Shown here: positions 13,301-26,795 of the stretch, piece by piece
Layout of the letters: each line of letters starts with the position of its first letter
Numbering within the stretch: position 1 is the first letter of the stretch
Source: Geosiphon pyriformis uo1
Lineage: Eukaryota > Fungi > Glomeromycota
Direction of reading: 5' to 3'
Length of the DNA: 64,000 bases
Assembly: GCA_016748015.1 (NCBI GenBank)
Contig: JAAOMT010000480.1
Location: forward strand, 62,001 to 126,000
The notes under the pieces: generated by a model
What the model was told of the DNA's origin: nothing
What the model saw: only the letters and a program-made list of their open reading frames with translations
The model's database searches: none
Made by a program: the position numbers and the translations under genes

Positions 13301-14509
13301 TAAACACATGTATTTCAGAATTGGAGATATTAGGTCTTAATTTTTAAAACTGTTGTTGAATAGAGAGGAGACACATTGTAAACTTGATCAAAGGCAAAAA
13401 TTTTTTAGTAGTTTGGTCAAAGATTAAGAAATATTCAAGTGTTTTAGACAATGTTTATACAGATGTTTTGACAAGTAAAACTGCTTGTTCTTCTCTGTTT
13501 TTGTCCAATAATATGTGAAAACAATTTATTAAAACTAATAATTTGCCAATATTTGGTAATGTTTGTTATTTTGTTTAGAATATATATAGATCAGTTAGTT
13601 ATGTTTGCTAAAAAAATAGATCTGATTCCAAAGTGTTAGATAGTTTTTTGATTCAAAAAATTGACAAAGTTTAGACTATTACAGTTTGGTATCTAAATTC
13701 ACATATGTTGTTAGGTTTCACAAGTAAGACTTTAGCTGGTTTACATACATATAACATAAAGACAGTTCATAAAAGATTGCTAGTTACAGTTAAAAAAAGA
13801 CTTTATAACAAAAAATATCTAAACATTTTGTGTTTACAGTATAGGAAAATTGAGTTTTTTGATTATGTATTTATATGTTCTAAAGAATTTGATTTCTGTA
13901 AAAAAATTTTGCTCAAACAAATTATGGTTTGGAAATCTTTGATGAAGTCTTGTTTTTTATCTCTTTTTATAGTTATAAAATCTTTTTTCTTATATTTGTT
14001 AGATGTTGATTTGTATACATTTTTCTGCAAAGACTTTGTATTTAAAAGTTGATATAGTAAAGTAATATAGATGTTTGAAGATTATAAAAAGACTGTTTAA
14101 GTTCTAGTTGATTTTGTGTATGGTTTGAATAAATGATATTGTTTTGATTTATAAAAGTTCAGATCCAAATACAGAACAGATATAGAAAAGTGTGGTTTGA
14201 TTGGTAATTCTAAAGTAATATCTATTGTGTCTTGCAATTTGGTATTAGGTTTGTTAGATAAGATTATTATACTAATTGGTATTAATAAATTTTTTAGAGT
14301 TAGCTTTGGTTTTTATAAACTCTGTTTGTTTTTTTCTGGTTTAAATAGTAATACAATTGTTTACATAAGGGCTTAGTATTGTTTTAATTGGTTCAAGTAA
14401 CTGGTTATATGTAGTAAAAATATAAATTATGTCTACTTAGAGTTTTTAGTTTTGATTCTGTATACTAAATAATAATTGGGCTGTACTTGTTAAACTTAAA
14501 AAAAAAAAT

Positions 14510-15889
14510 TACAGATTTTAATATGTTTATCAATATTTTTTTCATAGTAAACCAATAATAGTAAGTTAAAATTTTTTAGATTGTTTTTGTTTTCTTAAAA
14601 TATTTAGTTAATAAGTCAATATATATGTTGTAAATTATAATTTTTTTTTAAATCTTATAATTTTTTGAAAATAGTTAAGATTTTTTTTATTTTTTTTGTA
14701 TAACTAGTTTTGATAAATTAAATAAAAATTTAATTGTTTTTACAAATGCTTTTTTTGTTGTTATATGTAATTTGATAATTATTGTTTTTTATTCAAAAAT
14801 TTAATTAAGACAAAATAACTATTTAAGTTTATGTGTTTAATTAAAACAGTTATACTAATAATTAGGTTGGTTTAATAAAAATAGTTGTACTATTAGTTGG
14901 AAATAAGTCTGAAAAAAATGTTGTTATTTTAATAATTAGTTTTTTTGTAATATTATATATTATAATTAAATTTATTAAGTTAGAATATTTAGTAAGTTAA
15001 ATTTTTATGTTCTAGTTTTTTTTATTATATAGCCAAATCAAAACTTGATAATTTGTTTTCACCAGAAATCTAATATTAAGAAGATATTTATTCTAGTAAT
15101 TAGTGGCTTAAACTACTGTCAAACATTTTTGTTTTATAATTAAGTAGTTTTGTTTTGCTAAAAAAAATGTTTTACTAGTATATATCATTACATATTTTTT
15201 GCTGTTTTTATTTTTTTGAAAAAGGACAGCATTAAATACAAAGCCAAATGTATTAATATAAAAAATAAAAATCAATTCAGATTAGATTGGTTAAAAATAG
15301 TTTAATAGTAAGTTTTTTTAGAATTTTATAAGTTTTTTGTTAATATATATCTCAAGAATAGTTAAAAAAAAACAGTATTATAGAACTTATTTAATATTGT
15401 ATTAATTTTGAGTAGCAAGTATATATTTTTTTTAATAATAATATTTAATTAGTAATAATCAACACAAAAATATAAGATTTTATCTTTTTTAAAAACCATT
15501 ATTATTGAAAAAATCTATTTATTTTTGGTTTTTTATATAAATTTAAGTTTTTTTTATTTGTTTTATCTTTTTTTTAATAAACTTATTATTATAATAATTA
15601 GATTAATATGGCTTTAAATAAATAGAATAAGTTTTTCTGATGATAATAATGTGTTGTATTATATTAGTTTATTTAAAAGTATCACTTTTTTTTAAGATTA
15701 TTGGATTATTTCTGGTCAACAAATTTTTAATATCTATTTTTTTTTCTTTTAAAAAGAGTTTTTTGTTTTATTATTAGTAATCATATCTTGGATAATTTAT
15801 TTTCAAATAATATTTGTATTTTTTTTATTTTTTTTAGAAGTATTAAACTGATAAGTTTCCAATTTTTTTAATAAATTTAGCAAAAATAT
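14510..15889 (-). mobile_element. Very degenerate, internally deleted family A pol/integrase fragment
   Basis: Colinear with A2 from ~44540 (acagattttaatatg vs acaggttttaatgta), with jumps toward ~46440. Confidence 0.7.
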
Positions 15890-16561
15890 TATTATAATTA
15901 AAAATCATAGTTTTTATTAATTATTACATATATTAATTATTAATATTATATAATTAACTATTTTATTTTTAAATAATAATTATTAACTTAACTTTTAATT
16001 TAATTATTAACTTTGTTGCTAACTTAATTATTAATTATTTTAAATAATTATATAAATAATAAATTTTTTAATTATAGAATATATATTAACAATATAAAAA
16101 TTTAAAATAATAAAAATCACTTTTAAATATCCAATCTTTTTATATTATTTATTTTTTTTCTTGATTTTTTCAAGTATTTAAACATTTATGGATAAAAAAT
16201 TACTTGTTAGTATTTATATACTTAAATTATATAAAATATTAATTTTAAGAATTATTAAATAAATATTATTAAATAATATAATTAATATTTAATATTAAAT
16301 TTTAAAAATTTTAACATAAACATAAAATTATACTAATATGTTATTTTTTGTTAACAATATAAACTATTCTTTTACTTTTAGATTTTCTTGTTATTTTTTA
16401 AAAAAAATAGTAATTAAGATATTTATAAGATTAATCTTATATATTAAATTCTTACCAATTTAATTTGTTTTTTTAAAGTTAAATTACTTTTTAATTATTT
16501 CTATTATTATACAATCTTGTTTTTTTTTGCTATTTGTTAGCTTGTTACTTTAACTGTAATA
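15890..16561 (+). repeat. Old solo LTR of family A
   Basis: Decayed termini TATTATAATTAAAA...CTGTAATA; TSD ATAT at 15886-15889 and 16562-16565; internal similarity to other A LTRs. Confidence 0.75.
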
Positions 16562-17580
16562 ATATAATTAATAATAATAAAACTTTGCTTTTTATAGGAA
16601 ATAAAATATTTGTACAAAATAGATTTTTCTCAATAGTTTCAACTTAGTTTAATTTTAACTGGCTTAAATAGCTATTTACATATAGAAAATACATAGTTAT
16701 AATTAATTTGAAATTTTTGAATTATTATTATTAATTAGCACTTGAATTATACTTTGTTAAAAAAAATAAAAAAAATACTGTTTTAAAAAATTCTAAAAGA
16801 AAATTTACTTTTAACCAATAACAAAAAACATGTTTTTTAATAGTTAAAAACTGCTTGGATTTTTTTATTAATTAGGAAAAGTGTTTTTATATAATACTAT
16901 TAGCTATTTTTACAATTAAAAAAACTTTTTAGATGTTTGTTTTATTAAAAACTATAAAAATAATAAGAGTTGTTTTCTTTTTACTTTGTTTTAAATGTAA
17001 ATATAAAATACAAAAGAAAAAGGTTTTTTTAATATTAATTAAAATTTTTAAAGTGTTATTTTTATTTGTTATTTTAAATTACATAAATATAATTAGTTAT
17101 GACTTATATAATATTTATTTGTTATATTTACAATATAATCTTAATTTATAATTATAATTATTAAAATTTAAAGTTTTATTAACATTTAATATATAATTAG
17201 TCAATATAATATTTTTAAAGTTTTGATTTTAACAAAAATATAATTTATAAATAATATCTTATTTTTAAAATCAACGTAAAATCATAAATGTCCACTAAAT
17301 TTCAAGAAATGGTTATCTATTATCTGTTATCAACAAAATGGCTAGCAAACGGGATTTCCTAATGCGGATAAACTGAAGCCAAACAGCTAATTCAATTCTA
17401 TAGAACTAAATGACAAAACATATCTTGGGAACCAAAGAGCCAAAGAGAAGCTTTAAGAGATCACTGGAAAACGTGTCTGTTTTAAATTTTGTACAAAGGC
17501 TTGCTGCGGCAAAAAAATTTATCTTATTATAGAGATTGCCCGGTATGATACTTACATACACCAAGAGCAACAAAAATACC

Positions 17581-18251
17581 ATGTCTTCCATGACTCCATC
17601 TGCACCGATTCCTTCACCCTCTACCGAATCTTTTCCAGGTCGTTCACTTGCACCACTCGAACCGCAACACGCAATACCACTTTACTTGACAGCCCAAAGA
17701 CGTGGTTCCATCACTGACCCTTCGCTTCATTTATCTGTCCCTAACCCAGAATTAGCAAGAAAATATTCTCATCCCGACGTAAATTTTCAAGCTTCAAATT
17801 GTAACATATCAATAACAGAACGGCATGGATCCTTTATAGACAGCTTTCCTCCTTCCCCCTCCTCTCGTCCTTCTTCTGTTAAGAGTGAACAATTCTTCTC
17901 ACCCATGGAAACGCGTCAATTAAGGGATGCGTTACCTACAATAAGTGCGAGCGCAAGCCCCATAAGAGAGGGTTTTCCCGGTCCTTTAATGAATCCTGCC
18001 TTTCAATCTCAGTTTCAACAAAGACGACACTCGATCGCTGTGGGTGAAGCCTTATCTCCTTTAAAACGAAAACCCACGAATAATACAACGGGAATTTCTA
18101 CTCATCCTCTGATCCCTGATGATTATCCAGAGAAACGGCGGGAGTCGCTTTCCGATCCGAATATACAAAGATTATCACTTGATGATCGAAGAAATTCTTA
18201 TTCTGCACCCTCAAGCCCACCTGCTCCTCCGCAAAACTCTATTGTACCTTC

Positions 18252-18285
<34 letters not shown>

Positions 18286-19168
18286 CTACCAAAGCTCAAT
18301 GTTCATCAAGTAGATTCCAGTCTACAAGAGCATGTAGAAACATGTGGAATTAATCAGTATGGGGACATTGTAGTGTCTGATCTCCAAAACTCTTCCAACA
18401 ATTCCTCTCATCTCGTTGAGCAAAGCGATTCTTCTCTCTTATATCCACCGTATAATCCTCGGATATCTCAACTTGTACAGGAGGAAATAGCCACTCCAAT
18501 TATTACTAGACGAGCATCCATGCCTGTAATGGCATTTCCTTCTCGGTTCAGTGAGCCGGTTACGCAAGAGATCAGCATGCCGATGGATCTAGATCGTTAT
18601 CGGTCTCCAGCCGGCTATCCATCACATCAGCATTCTTATCATCCCTATGCATATGAATATCCTGGTTACATTCAATCATCCACTTCTGTCAAAGAAACTC
18701 CTTATTCTCGCTCTCCGGAATTGAGAATTTCTCACAAATTGGCCGAACGGAAAAGAAGAAAGGAGATGAAGGAGTTATTTGATGAGCTGCGGGACTCGCT
18801 TCCTGTAGACAAAAGTTTGAAGACAAGTAAGTGGGAGATATTAAGCAAAGGTAAGAAAATCACTAGGTGGCAATATCCTGTATTCGTATTACCAAACTTT
18901 GAGATGTTAAATTTTTTTAATCTAATATTCTTTATGTTCTTTCTCAAGCTGTTGATTTTATCAATTCGCTAAAACAAAATCAAGACGAAATGGCCAAAGA
19001 AGTTGATTCATTGAGGCAACAATTGGCCGCATATAAAGGAGTAAATGGTGGAAGGTAAGGAATCCTTACCAGTTATATACTTGCATACTTAAGATAATTG
19101 ATCTGAGAATATTATTTATAAAATCATCAATGTACAATAGTGATTCTACTTCATCGGCTTCATCGTAA
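17581..19168 (+). CDS. bHLH transcription factor, Esc1/DevR-like; exons 17581-18850, 18949-19054, 19141-19168
   Basis: Long Pro/Ser-rich ORF ending in PYSRSPELRISHKLAERKRRKEMKELFDELRDSLP..SKWEILSK. A GTAAG donor at 18851 and AAG acceptor at 18948 complete helix 2 (AVDFINSL) plus a short coiled coil. A second GT..TAG intron lies at 19055-19140. The first ATG in good context (aaataccATG) is at 17581. Confidence 0.88.
18253..18285 (+). repeat. (AAT)11 microsatellite encoding poly-Asn in the bHLH gene
   Basis: Read directly from the sequence. Confidence 0.95.
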
Positions 19169-19951
19169 TAAACAACAACCAATCCCGTAGCAGATTTCTT
19201 TTGTGACATTTAAAGTAAAAATAGGTTATCATTTGTATTTTTATTATAACTGAGCTTATGTTGCTTATCTAAATTAAAAGATTTTGATTTAAGCACACAC
19301 TGCTTATTTTTGGCCCTCGCTTGAATTTGATGCTTTCACTTTTCTACTTGTACCATATTTCACGGAAAACGCCTTTGGGTTTTGGTTCCCTTGATTTTTC
19401 TTTTTTTACCTTGTAAATTGCTTTTTTCCAATTTTTTTGGCCATTACTTTAAATGGGATCTTTCAAATAAACGACTTATCGTAGCATCACTCACCATCTA
19501 AATAGTGTATGTATTTATTTTCTGTAATTGTCCTTAGAGTTCTGTTCATTAACAGAAATCACGGTTCATTCTTAAGGCTCCTATGTTTATTTCCGTGGTC
19601 TAGGCCTTTTCGTACTTTTCCAAACCTTTGAAGTAAATAAAATCTGTCTAGACGGTTATTTATTTTCATCACCATGCCTAAATCAGAAGTAGTATTTTTG
19701 CTTATAAATTATTTATAAATTTTATTGAAGAACCTATATTTCTCTAATTCTCGATTTCGTGCAAATGATGTTACAGACAAGATAAATAAAATGACAATGG
19801 GTCTTTCTCCACTCTCCTAGCTATAATTTCTAAAATGATTATAAAAACGAATTTAACTAAAGTTTACAAAATTTTAATCTACATTTAATATAGTGTAAAA
19901 AACAGAAAAGCATACTACGTGCCAATCGACGACATTTGATAGATGTGACTT

Positions 19952-22900
19952 TTATTCCAACGATTTAATTTGAAAGAATTGATCAATCTGAGGAAAAGGC
20001 CAAATGATGATGGCCAGTGTTCAATGAAAGAACAGAGTATCAGTGCGAAAATTCCACTAATAAGCTCTACGGTGCGATTATGATGGGATTGTAATACAAT
20101 CAGAAGATGTAAACAATACCTTTGAGATCCAGTCGATCATTTCTTGTTTCGAAGAAGCCTGCAAAATATATGCGTTGTTGTTGGTATAGATGGCAAAGAC
20201 AAATTGTCGCTAAAAAAATATAAGATCATTCCAAGTAAGCACTTGACCATCTATTTGATGAAACCATTTTAAATTGCCTGTTACCTCTAGCATAAGCTCC
20301 AGATCCTTTTTGTAATCAACACGTACAGAGTCTAGGTTTATAACCCCCTGTTCTTCTGTCTCCTTTTGAGATTCATATATAAATAGGTATGGTCTGTAAT
20401 TTTGAATTCTAGTTACTGATTTTCAAATATTGATCAAATTGAAGCGGATTAGTGTATATCATCGGGAAATGATACGTACCTTCTTAGAACATACCACCTT
20501 TTCACCCAATAGTCGTCGGCATTATCGGGGGTAAATAAGTAGCCTTTCTTGGTTATCGCGTCACTTAAGAGAAATTTAATTATTTGCATAATATCCTTAA
20601 TTTATTGACAAGCATACAAAACATGTAAACATAGGAAGAACTTACGTTTTGTCAACCATTCGAACTTGTGCAACCAATTTAGTTGGCTTATTAGTCTGTT
20701 TATAAATATCCGTATCTGGATATGGTCCAGACAAAGGTGGTTCTTGATTGATGGCAATCTACGTGCGTCATATTTAGGAATTTAGCTTATTTGAAAATGG
20801 GTTACTGATCAACAAAATCTAAAATATTCACCTCTTCTGCAGGTCCCCATTTTTTATTCCAGAGGGCTATTAATTTGCTAAATAGTTCATTGTTTTCAGA
20901 AGTCTCAAATGATAATTTACCACTGCTGGGCTTGTTGTTGAGATCATGCAGACTTATGACCTGTTTGGTGAACTCTACAGCTTCTTTTTTTTTTATTAAC
21001 TCGTTAATTTTTTTATAGTCCTTAATCAACGATATCCCACGGGGCTTCCAGCCCATCAGAAATTCTTGACCCCTCACATATTTATTGGCTGTATTTAATC
21101 GCCATAATTCGGAGATTTTACGTGTCATTGGAGGCTTTAAAGTAACGGAGAAAAGTCCACTGCGTTTCCATAGAACTTTCGATTGATTGATTATTTGAAC
21201 CAATTTTGATGGTGGTCGAGCTTCCCGACCTTGAATTTGTACTGCAATATCCATATTAAAGCAAATCGGCTCAATACAATTTTCGGCCTCTATGTACCAC
21301 GTCAATCCCAAAAGCACGCGACTATTAGGGGCTGTTGTTCGATTAAGGAAGATCGAGTCGTGAAGAGTACTATCCCATGAGGCTTGAGCAATAATAACGC
21401 TAGTACCATCTCTGTTAAACTGCACTATTTGAGCGGGCAGCACTTTCATTTCAATGTCATTTTGGATGGGGGAATCAGCCAAACGTCCTTTACCATCAAG
21501 AAGGCGAATTCGACCAATTTCCATTTTAGTCACCTTATTCCACGGAAACTGTCGACCAGAGTTGTGTGTTAGAGTGAGAACAATGCGCCGTTGTAAGCCT
21601 TGCCTCAAAAAAAAGGCACCAGGATCAAGAGAGTTCTGTGAAAGTACTTGAACTGGTAAATATTCTCCGGATACACCAAGTTCACAAACTTTAACCCAAG
21701 CAACGATGTCGTGTTTCTCTTCCGCAACTAGTTCGTCATCTGATCTTCGTTCTCTGGGTATGGGTTCAGGGTTAATATGACCATTTATTCCTTCATAGAC
21801 TTGGCGCTCATGGCGGTCATCCCATCTTTCCATATTTTCCAAGACAATCTGACTTGCACAGCCAAAAACTTCGAAAGTCAACATACCATTCAAAAGAACA
21901 TCCATCATTTCGTCGGTGACAGCCATTGATAATGTTTGTCCATAATCGAAACGGATTGGCAAATTTCCAAAATCATTTATTGGGTTAGTCGAGTATATGT
22001 GTTCACCAGAGGAAAGTGGAGAAACAGTCCCAAATGAAGATAATTTGAATTGTACATGAACTTGTGTAAATTCAGATTCAGATATTCCCTTGAGTTCGAG
22101 TATCTTAATTTCAAACACACAGGAATTACCATTTCTCAATTTGGATGATGTGTCATGATTTGCTATTAAAGAACCATTTTTAGACTCGCTTAGAAATTGG
22201 ATGCGAATAAGACAAGAGCCAACTTGTTTTCCAGAATATCTCTGAAATACTGGAACTTCTTGCTCGTGATCCGTTTTCCAAAGCAGACAAGTCAGACCAA
22301 TCGAGGCACTTCCAATAAAGGTAAATTGAGGGCAGGGATTCTCGTAAAACGGATTTTCCCAATCGAAGTTTTTGCTGTACTCAGGGCGACCTATAAAGTT
22401 ATACAAGTTTCGCATCTTTTGCAGACGATTTTTAAGCTTTTCCAAAGACCACAAATATATGACGTTGTTTTTTGTATCAATAACCCTGACTCCAACACAG
22501 GGTTTTCTTGAAACGTAAAGTGAGCTATCCTCATTGTTATTGTATTGATTTAAACCAGATGTACTCTCCCAAAAAGATACTGGATTAGTGAAGGGCTCCT
22601 CATCGATTATTGCGAATTGATAAAGGATCTTTTTATCAAGTTCTTTGCTGATGACATTCGCTTCTTTTAATACAACAGCATTGCTCAGTATTGTTTCAGC
22701 CATATGTACGAACCTTTGACGTTTCCATTTTTTGATCACCATGTGAATGAGGCGCAGTTCTTGTTCTGTATATGGCCGCATATCGTTAGATATTTGGAAG
22801 CCATGAAACTTAAGCTTTTTTTGATACTCTTTAGCTTGTATTTCCAAAAGTCTTTGCATTTCTTCCTGAGCCATCTTAAGTTTTTCCTCCATTTGCTTTT

Positions 22901-25731
22901 TCTCTGCTTTGAGCTCGTCAGCTTCAAGATTGGAGGTTTCTATTAAACGCATTTTTTCTTCATATTCTTGCTTTTGCAAAACTAATTCTTGCTTTTGTTG
23001 CTGCATTTCTTCTTTTATGCTCTTAAGCTTATCATCTGAATCACTTTGTGGGGATTCTGTTGTATACAAAGTATCATTAGTCTCGTATGTTCCATTGGAC
23101 CCAGGTTTGTCTGAAGATCTAGATTCTGTATCATCCTCAAAATCTTCACTGCGGCTTTGAGGACGAGTGTTTCGAGAATTTTGTATTTTTCGAATCTCAT
23201 ACATCATTCTGTTCAAATCTTCATCAGGCAGGGTTTCGGGTACTAAATTTGAAGAAGAATTTGCTGCGGCTTCTCTTTTAGCAAAGTTCCAATCTATGAC
23301 AGCTTCAGACATCATAGAGGCTGTTGATGCCGGAGAATCAGGTCCTTTAACATTTTCTTCATTCGGGTTTAATTTGATGTCGGTGCTAATACTCAACTTC
23401 GACTTTGCACGTTCCTTTCTAACTTCATCAGGATGGTTGAAGCGGAAAACATGGTAATCACCTAAAATAATTCGAAAGCCGGACTTTAACTTTCTCGATT
23501 TGCTAATACGAATCCCATTTACCATTGTTGTACTGCATGAGCCAGGATGCAAAGTTACTAGACCATCCTTATTTTCAAAGTGACAATGGTTCTCAAGAAT
23601 ATTTGTGCCACTGAGGCGGATATCTGCTTGAGCATCAGACTCAAAACGTCCAACCCGAGTAATCCCTTGCTTAATTTGGTATACTAAACATTCGGACATG
23701 AGTGGATCCTCATTGAGGTTGACCAAATGAGGTACTTTTTTGGGAGGATGAACACCAACAGCATTTTTTTCTACCATAATGCCTAATTCTTCCAAAGTCT
23801 TTTCACGTTCTTTTTGAATCTCTTCAGTTCGCCGTAATTTTTGCTCCCAAGTTTCATTTATCTCAGTCATCAATTTTTGTGATGTTTGAATTTGTTCCAA
23901 AATTTCTTCTTTGGTCTTTTTGAAAGTGTTGCCTTCTTTATCCTTGAGTATTACAATTTGTTCTGAAGGTGGTATGCTTGAATTGTATGTTGTTTCTGAG
24001 CTAAGTCCATCAGGATTAACTTGGTTTCGTAGCATTGCCAATTCCTCCTTTAATTCACGAATCAGTTTGGCATTAGGATCTTCATTGACAACAGCTTTAT
24101 TCTTTATTTTCTTTGCAGCATCAGCATATCTAAGTGTGCTCAAGGTTTCATCATAATCAGCCGGGGAGATAGCCGCAATCATAGCAGTTTTTGAATTTCC
24201 ACCCAAACTATCCTTGAGTAACCACGTTAAAACCTGAAAGAATATTAAAAAATATTGAACTTTTTTTCATCGCCTAATATTTTTTTAAGAATAAAGCTTA
24301 TAAAGTATTCATTCAAAAAAAAAATTAAAATATCTTACAGAATCTCGATAGGGCACGAAAACTTCTGGAGATTTTTTGCCTTTCTTCATTGATGGTGGAG
24401 CAGCTGATTGCTCAGCTAAAGCGGCAATTACTTTTCCTAATGTAGTCAATGATTTGTTAATATTTGCCCCTTCTTTTAAACGTGCTCCAGTAGCTCCAGT
24501 TGAATTTGCTCTTTCTGATCCTGCCAAATCAACAAGACTACAATTCCCGATAAAGAGAAATGTGAGTACTAAGAATCTAAAATTAGATTGTAAATATGGC
24601 TCAAATACCTAATTCGAGAAACTTTTTCCGAGTCCATATTAGTTTCGGAATCATGACGTATTTGTGTTAAAAGAAGCGTGAATACAGCATGTGAACGACT
24701 AGAAGTTTCATTCATATTTGTTGCCGCGACAGTTCTTGCCTGCATAAAATGAATGTCTTCAGCTTCATTTTCTGGAATTAAATAACAAACAATGTATAAA
24801 TGTACTTACTTTGTTACCCTCGTCCATTAAGTTTTCTACATCTTCAAATGATTTTACAATTAATTTTGATAAATCCTCAACGTACGGTCCCAGCGAAGGG
24901 TGCTCTCTCACTTTAAGATTCCCTTTATTTTTAGGATTCAGTAAATCTCGAACGCGTTCGTTGTAAATCTCAATGTAAGAGACCTCGACTTGATATTTTA
25001 CAGTCGGATTATCGTTTCTTACAATCCGATTGAACAATTCACAACATGTAAGGGGTATGATTCCTTTATCCTCTCCGTATCCCATCTAATTAAAAAAATA
25101 GAACTGTATCAGCAGAGAATTGGTTTGATAAATCACCATTCTAAGCATTTCTTACCATAGAGTAAGATTTTCCTGCACCAGTTTGACCGTCTTTACAAAA
25201 ATTGAAGGAACAGGGGAATCTTTAAAAGAAGTTTTTTTGGGTGATTCAAATAGGAAAATATTCTTACATGCAAATATGCAGGTGTTGTAGCCCGCAAAGG
25301 AATGGTCAAGAAGTTCTTCCCCAAGATCATTATAAAGGTGTGCTTGAGTCGCATAATTGGGTGCACTTTTGTCAGCAGACCAATATGACTTGTCAAAGGT
25401 GAAGGCTTTATAATCTTCCCCATCTTCCTTTTTTGAAGCTTTGGCGTTACCGGGATCATCAGTACCTGGTCTGTATATAATGGTCTGATTGCCCTCCATT
25501 CTAATAAGGGGTTTGGCCCCCCGGGCAAGCTCTGTAATTAAGAGAGCAATTGATGTTAATATTTCTTTCAGTTTTCAGGTTTTAACATAAAGATATGTAG
25601 TTCTGGATTTTAAGAATGCTTTTAGATATAGGTTTAGCAAAAACACCACTATTATTTATTTGAGAGGAAGGTTTACCTCTGGAATTCAGAGGGCGACATC
25701 TGACTACAACTTTAATGTTTCCATTATTCAT
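19952..25731 (-). CDS. unc-104: Kinesin-3 motor (Unc104/KIF1A/UncA type), ~1597 aa, 12 exons: 25731-25677, 25531-25268, 25190-25156, 25085-24810, 24739-24609, 24537-24339, 24233-20832, 20758-20646, 20563-20480, 20393-20285, 20209-20120, 19987-19952
   Basis: Motifs: [10 protein letters not shown]-loop [10 protein letters not shown], switch I NETSSRSH, switch II DLAGSER, kinesin-3 neck [21 protein letters not shown] region ([20 protein letters not shown]), and a C-terminal PH domain ([28 protein letters not shown]). All 11 introns are GT-AG and the exon lengths sum to 4794 nt, in frame. Confidence 0.95.
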
Positions 25732-26198
25732 TTTGTCAAGTTTTGTGATATAAGAGTTCAAATAATAAGTAAAGATGAAAAAGGGATTTTGTAGAAGCAA
25801 AATAGAGAATGCTACTTATGTAGCTAATAGCGGAAGGGAAAGAAAATTATCTATATGAGCTTAACTACGGAAAATATTTAAATCAAGAAAATAGACAACA
25901 CAAAAAGTTAAATCCTAATAGTTTTAAAAGCTTAATTAGAGAGGAAAGAGCATGTTGGGTAAGGGTTGAATTATCCTTACATCCGAGGCACCAAAATCAC
26001 AATAGACTTTTGGCACTCTAGAAAGGCTTGCAGCTTTAGTAGGGATCTTTGCAGTTTAGGCGTTGCACTATTTTCTAGGTATAGGAAATTTCATGCGGAT
26101 CATTGATCAAGGATAAACATTTGAAATCAATTCTTTTGGATTATCTTTAAATTTAACGAAATCATTGTTCGTGCCTTATAATTTTTCTGATTTATAAA
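25732..26198. promoter_or_regulatory. Short divergent (head-to-head) intergenic region between kinesin-3 and SEM1; putative bidirectional promoter
   Basis: 467 bp between the two start codons; no specific motif assigned. Confidence 0.5.
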
Positions 26199-26795
26199 AT
26201 GTCATCCTCTAATCCTGGTAATAACTCCTCTAAAACGAACCAACCGGTCTCTTCTGAGAATACCGATACCAATAAACAGTCACAACACCAAGAACAGCAG
26301 CAGCAGCAAACACAAAAAGAGATAATACCACAGCTTGGTGCCCTAGAAGAAGATGACGAGTTTGAAGAATTTGAGGCTGAAGGTAAATCTCCTCATACTT
26401 AATATATTAAACAGTAGATTTCTAAGGAAATCCTGAAACTTTTATACATAATATCAATGGATTAGAATTCTGAAACCTTCCTTATAGTATTATCGCCGAA
26501 CTTTTAGTCTTTAATCAGATAAAATCAGTTTTATTAACATATCTTTTTGAACCCATGGGTTTAATATCTTTTTTCTCAAAGATTGGAATGAAACAGAGGA
26601 TGATAAAAAAACACATCTATGGGAGGATAACTGGGATGATGAAGACGTGGAAGATGACTTCTCAAAGCAATTAAGGTTATTTTTTGATCGATCTGTAACA
26701 CATTTTATTTATAGAAATCATGATCTCTTGCATTTTGTGTAAATAGGGCTGAACTTACTAAAACACAATCCCAACCTCAGCCAATGAAGATGTGA
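26199..26795 (+). CDS. SEM1: Sem1/DSS1 (26S proteasome lid / TREX-2 subunit), 108 aa; exons 26199-26382, 26582-26675, 26747-26795
   Basis: The spliced product contains [42 protein letters not shown], the DSS1/Sem1 signature. Introns are GT-AG. Confidence 0.95.

Larger units (their letters stand above)
1012..14508 (+). mobile_element. Degenerate LINE copy 1: end of ORF1, then ORF2 (endonuclease, RT, RNase H, CCHC-like) and a poly-A tail; interrupted by Gypsy A1 at 1943-10363
   Basis: ORF fragments 1034-1324, 1426-1878, 10750-11124, 11454-11651, 12994-13347 and 13705-14052 align with the better-preserved LINE at 59160-64000 or with copy 2 (e.g. IITETKL, NFSVLKG, FVDN). An A-tail lies at ~14497-14508. 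Removing A1 restores the endonuclease reading ENLLLAITHHEINCVSDFFN. Confidence 0.85.

Noticed and set aside
16562-17270. AT-rich tract as mitochondrial/endobacterial insertion or a gene (ORF 16933-17151)
   Set aside because: No recognisable motif; the low-complexity ORF is expected by chance. Probably terminally decayed repeat, left unassigned.
18851-18972. Hydrophobic C-terminus of the 478-aa ORF as an SREBP-like membrane anchor
   Set aside because: It is translated intron: a GTAAG donor at 18851 and an acceptor at 18948 restore bHLH helix 2.
21384-24612. Plus-strand ORFs overlapping the kinesin, and similar shadow ORFs in the TEs (e.g. 35878-36216, 59308-61705)
   Set aside because: Antisense or alternate-frame by-products of real coding sequence, with no recognisable motifs.
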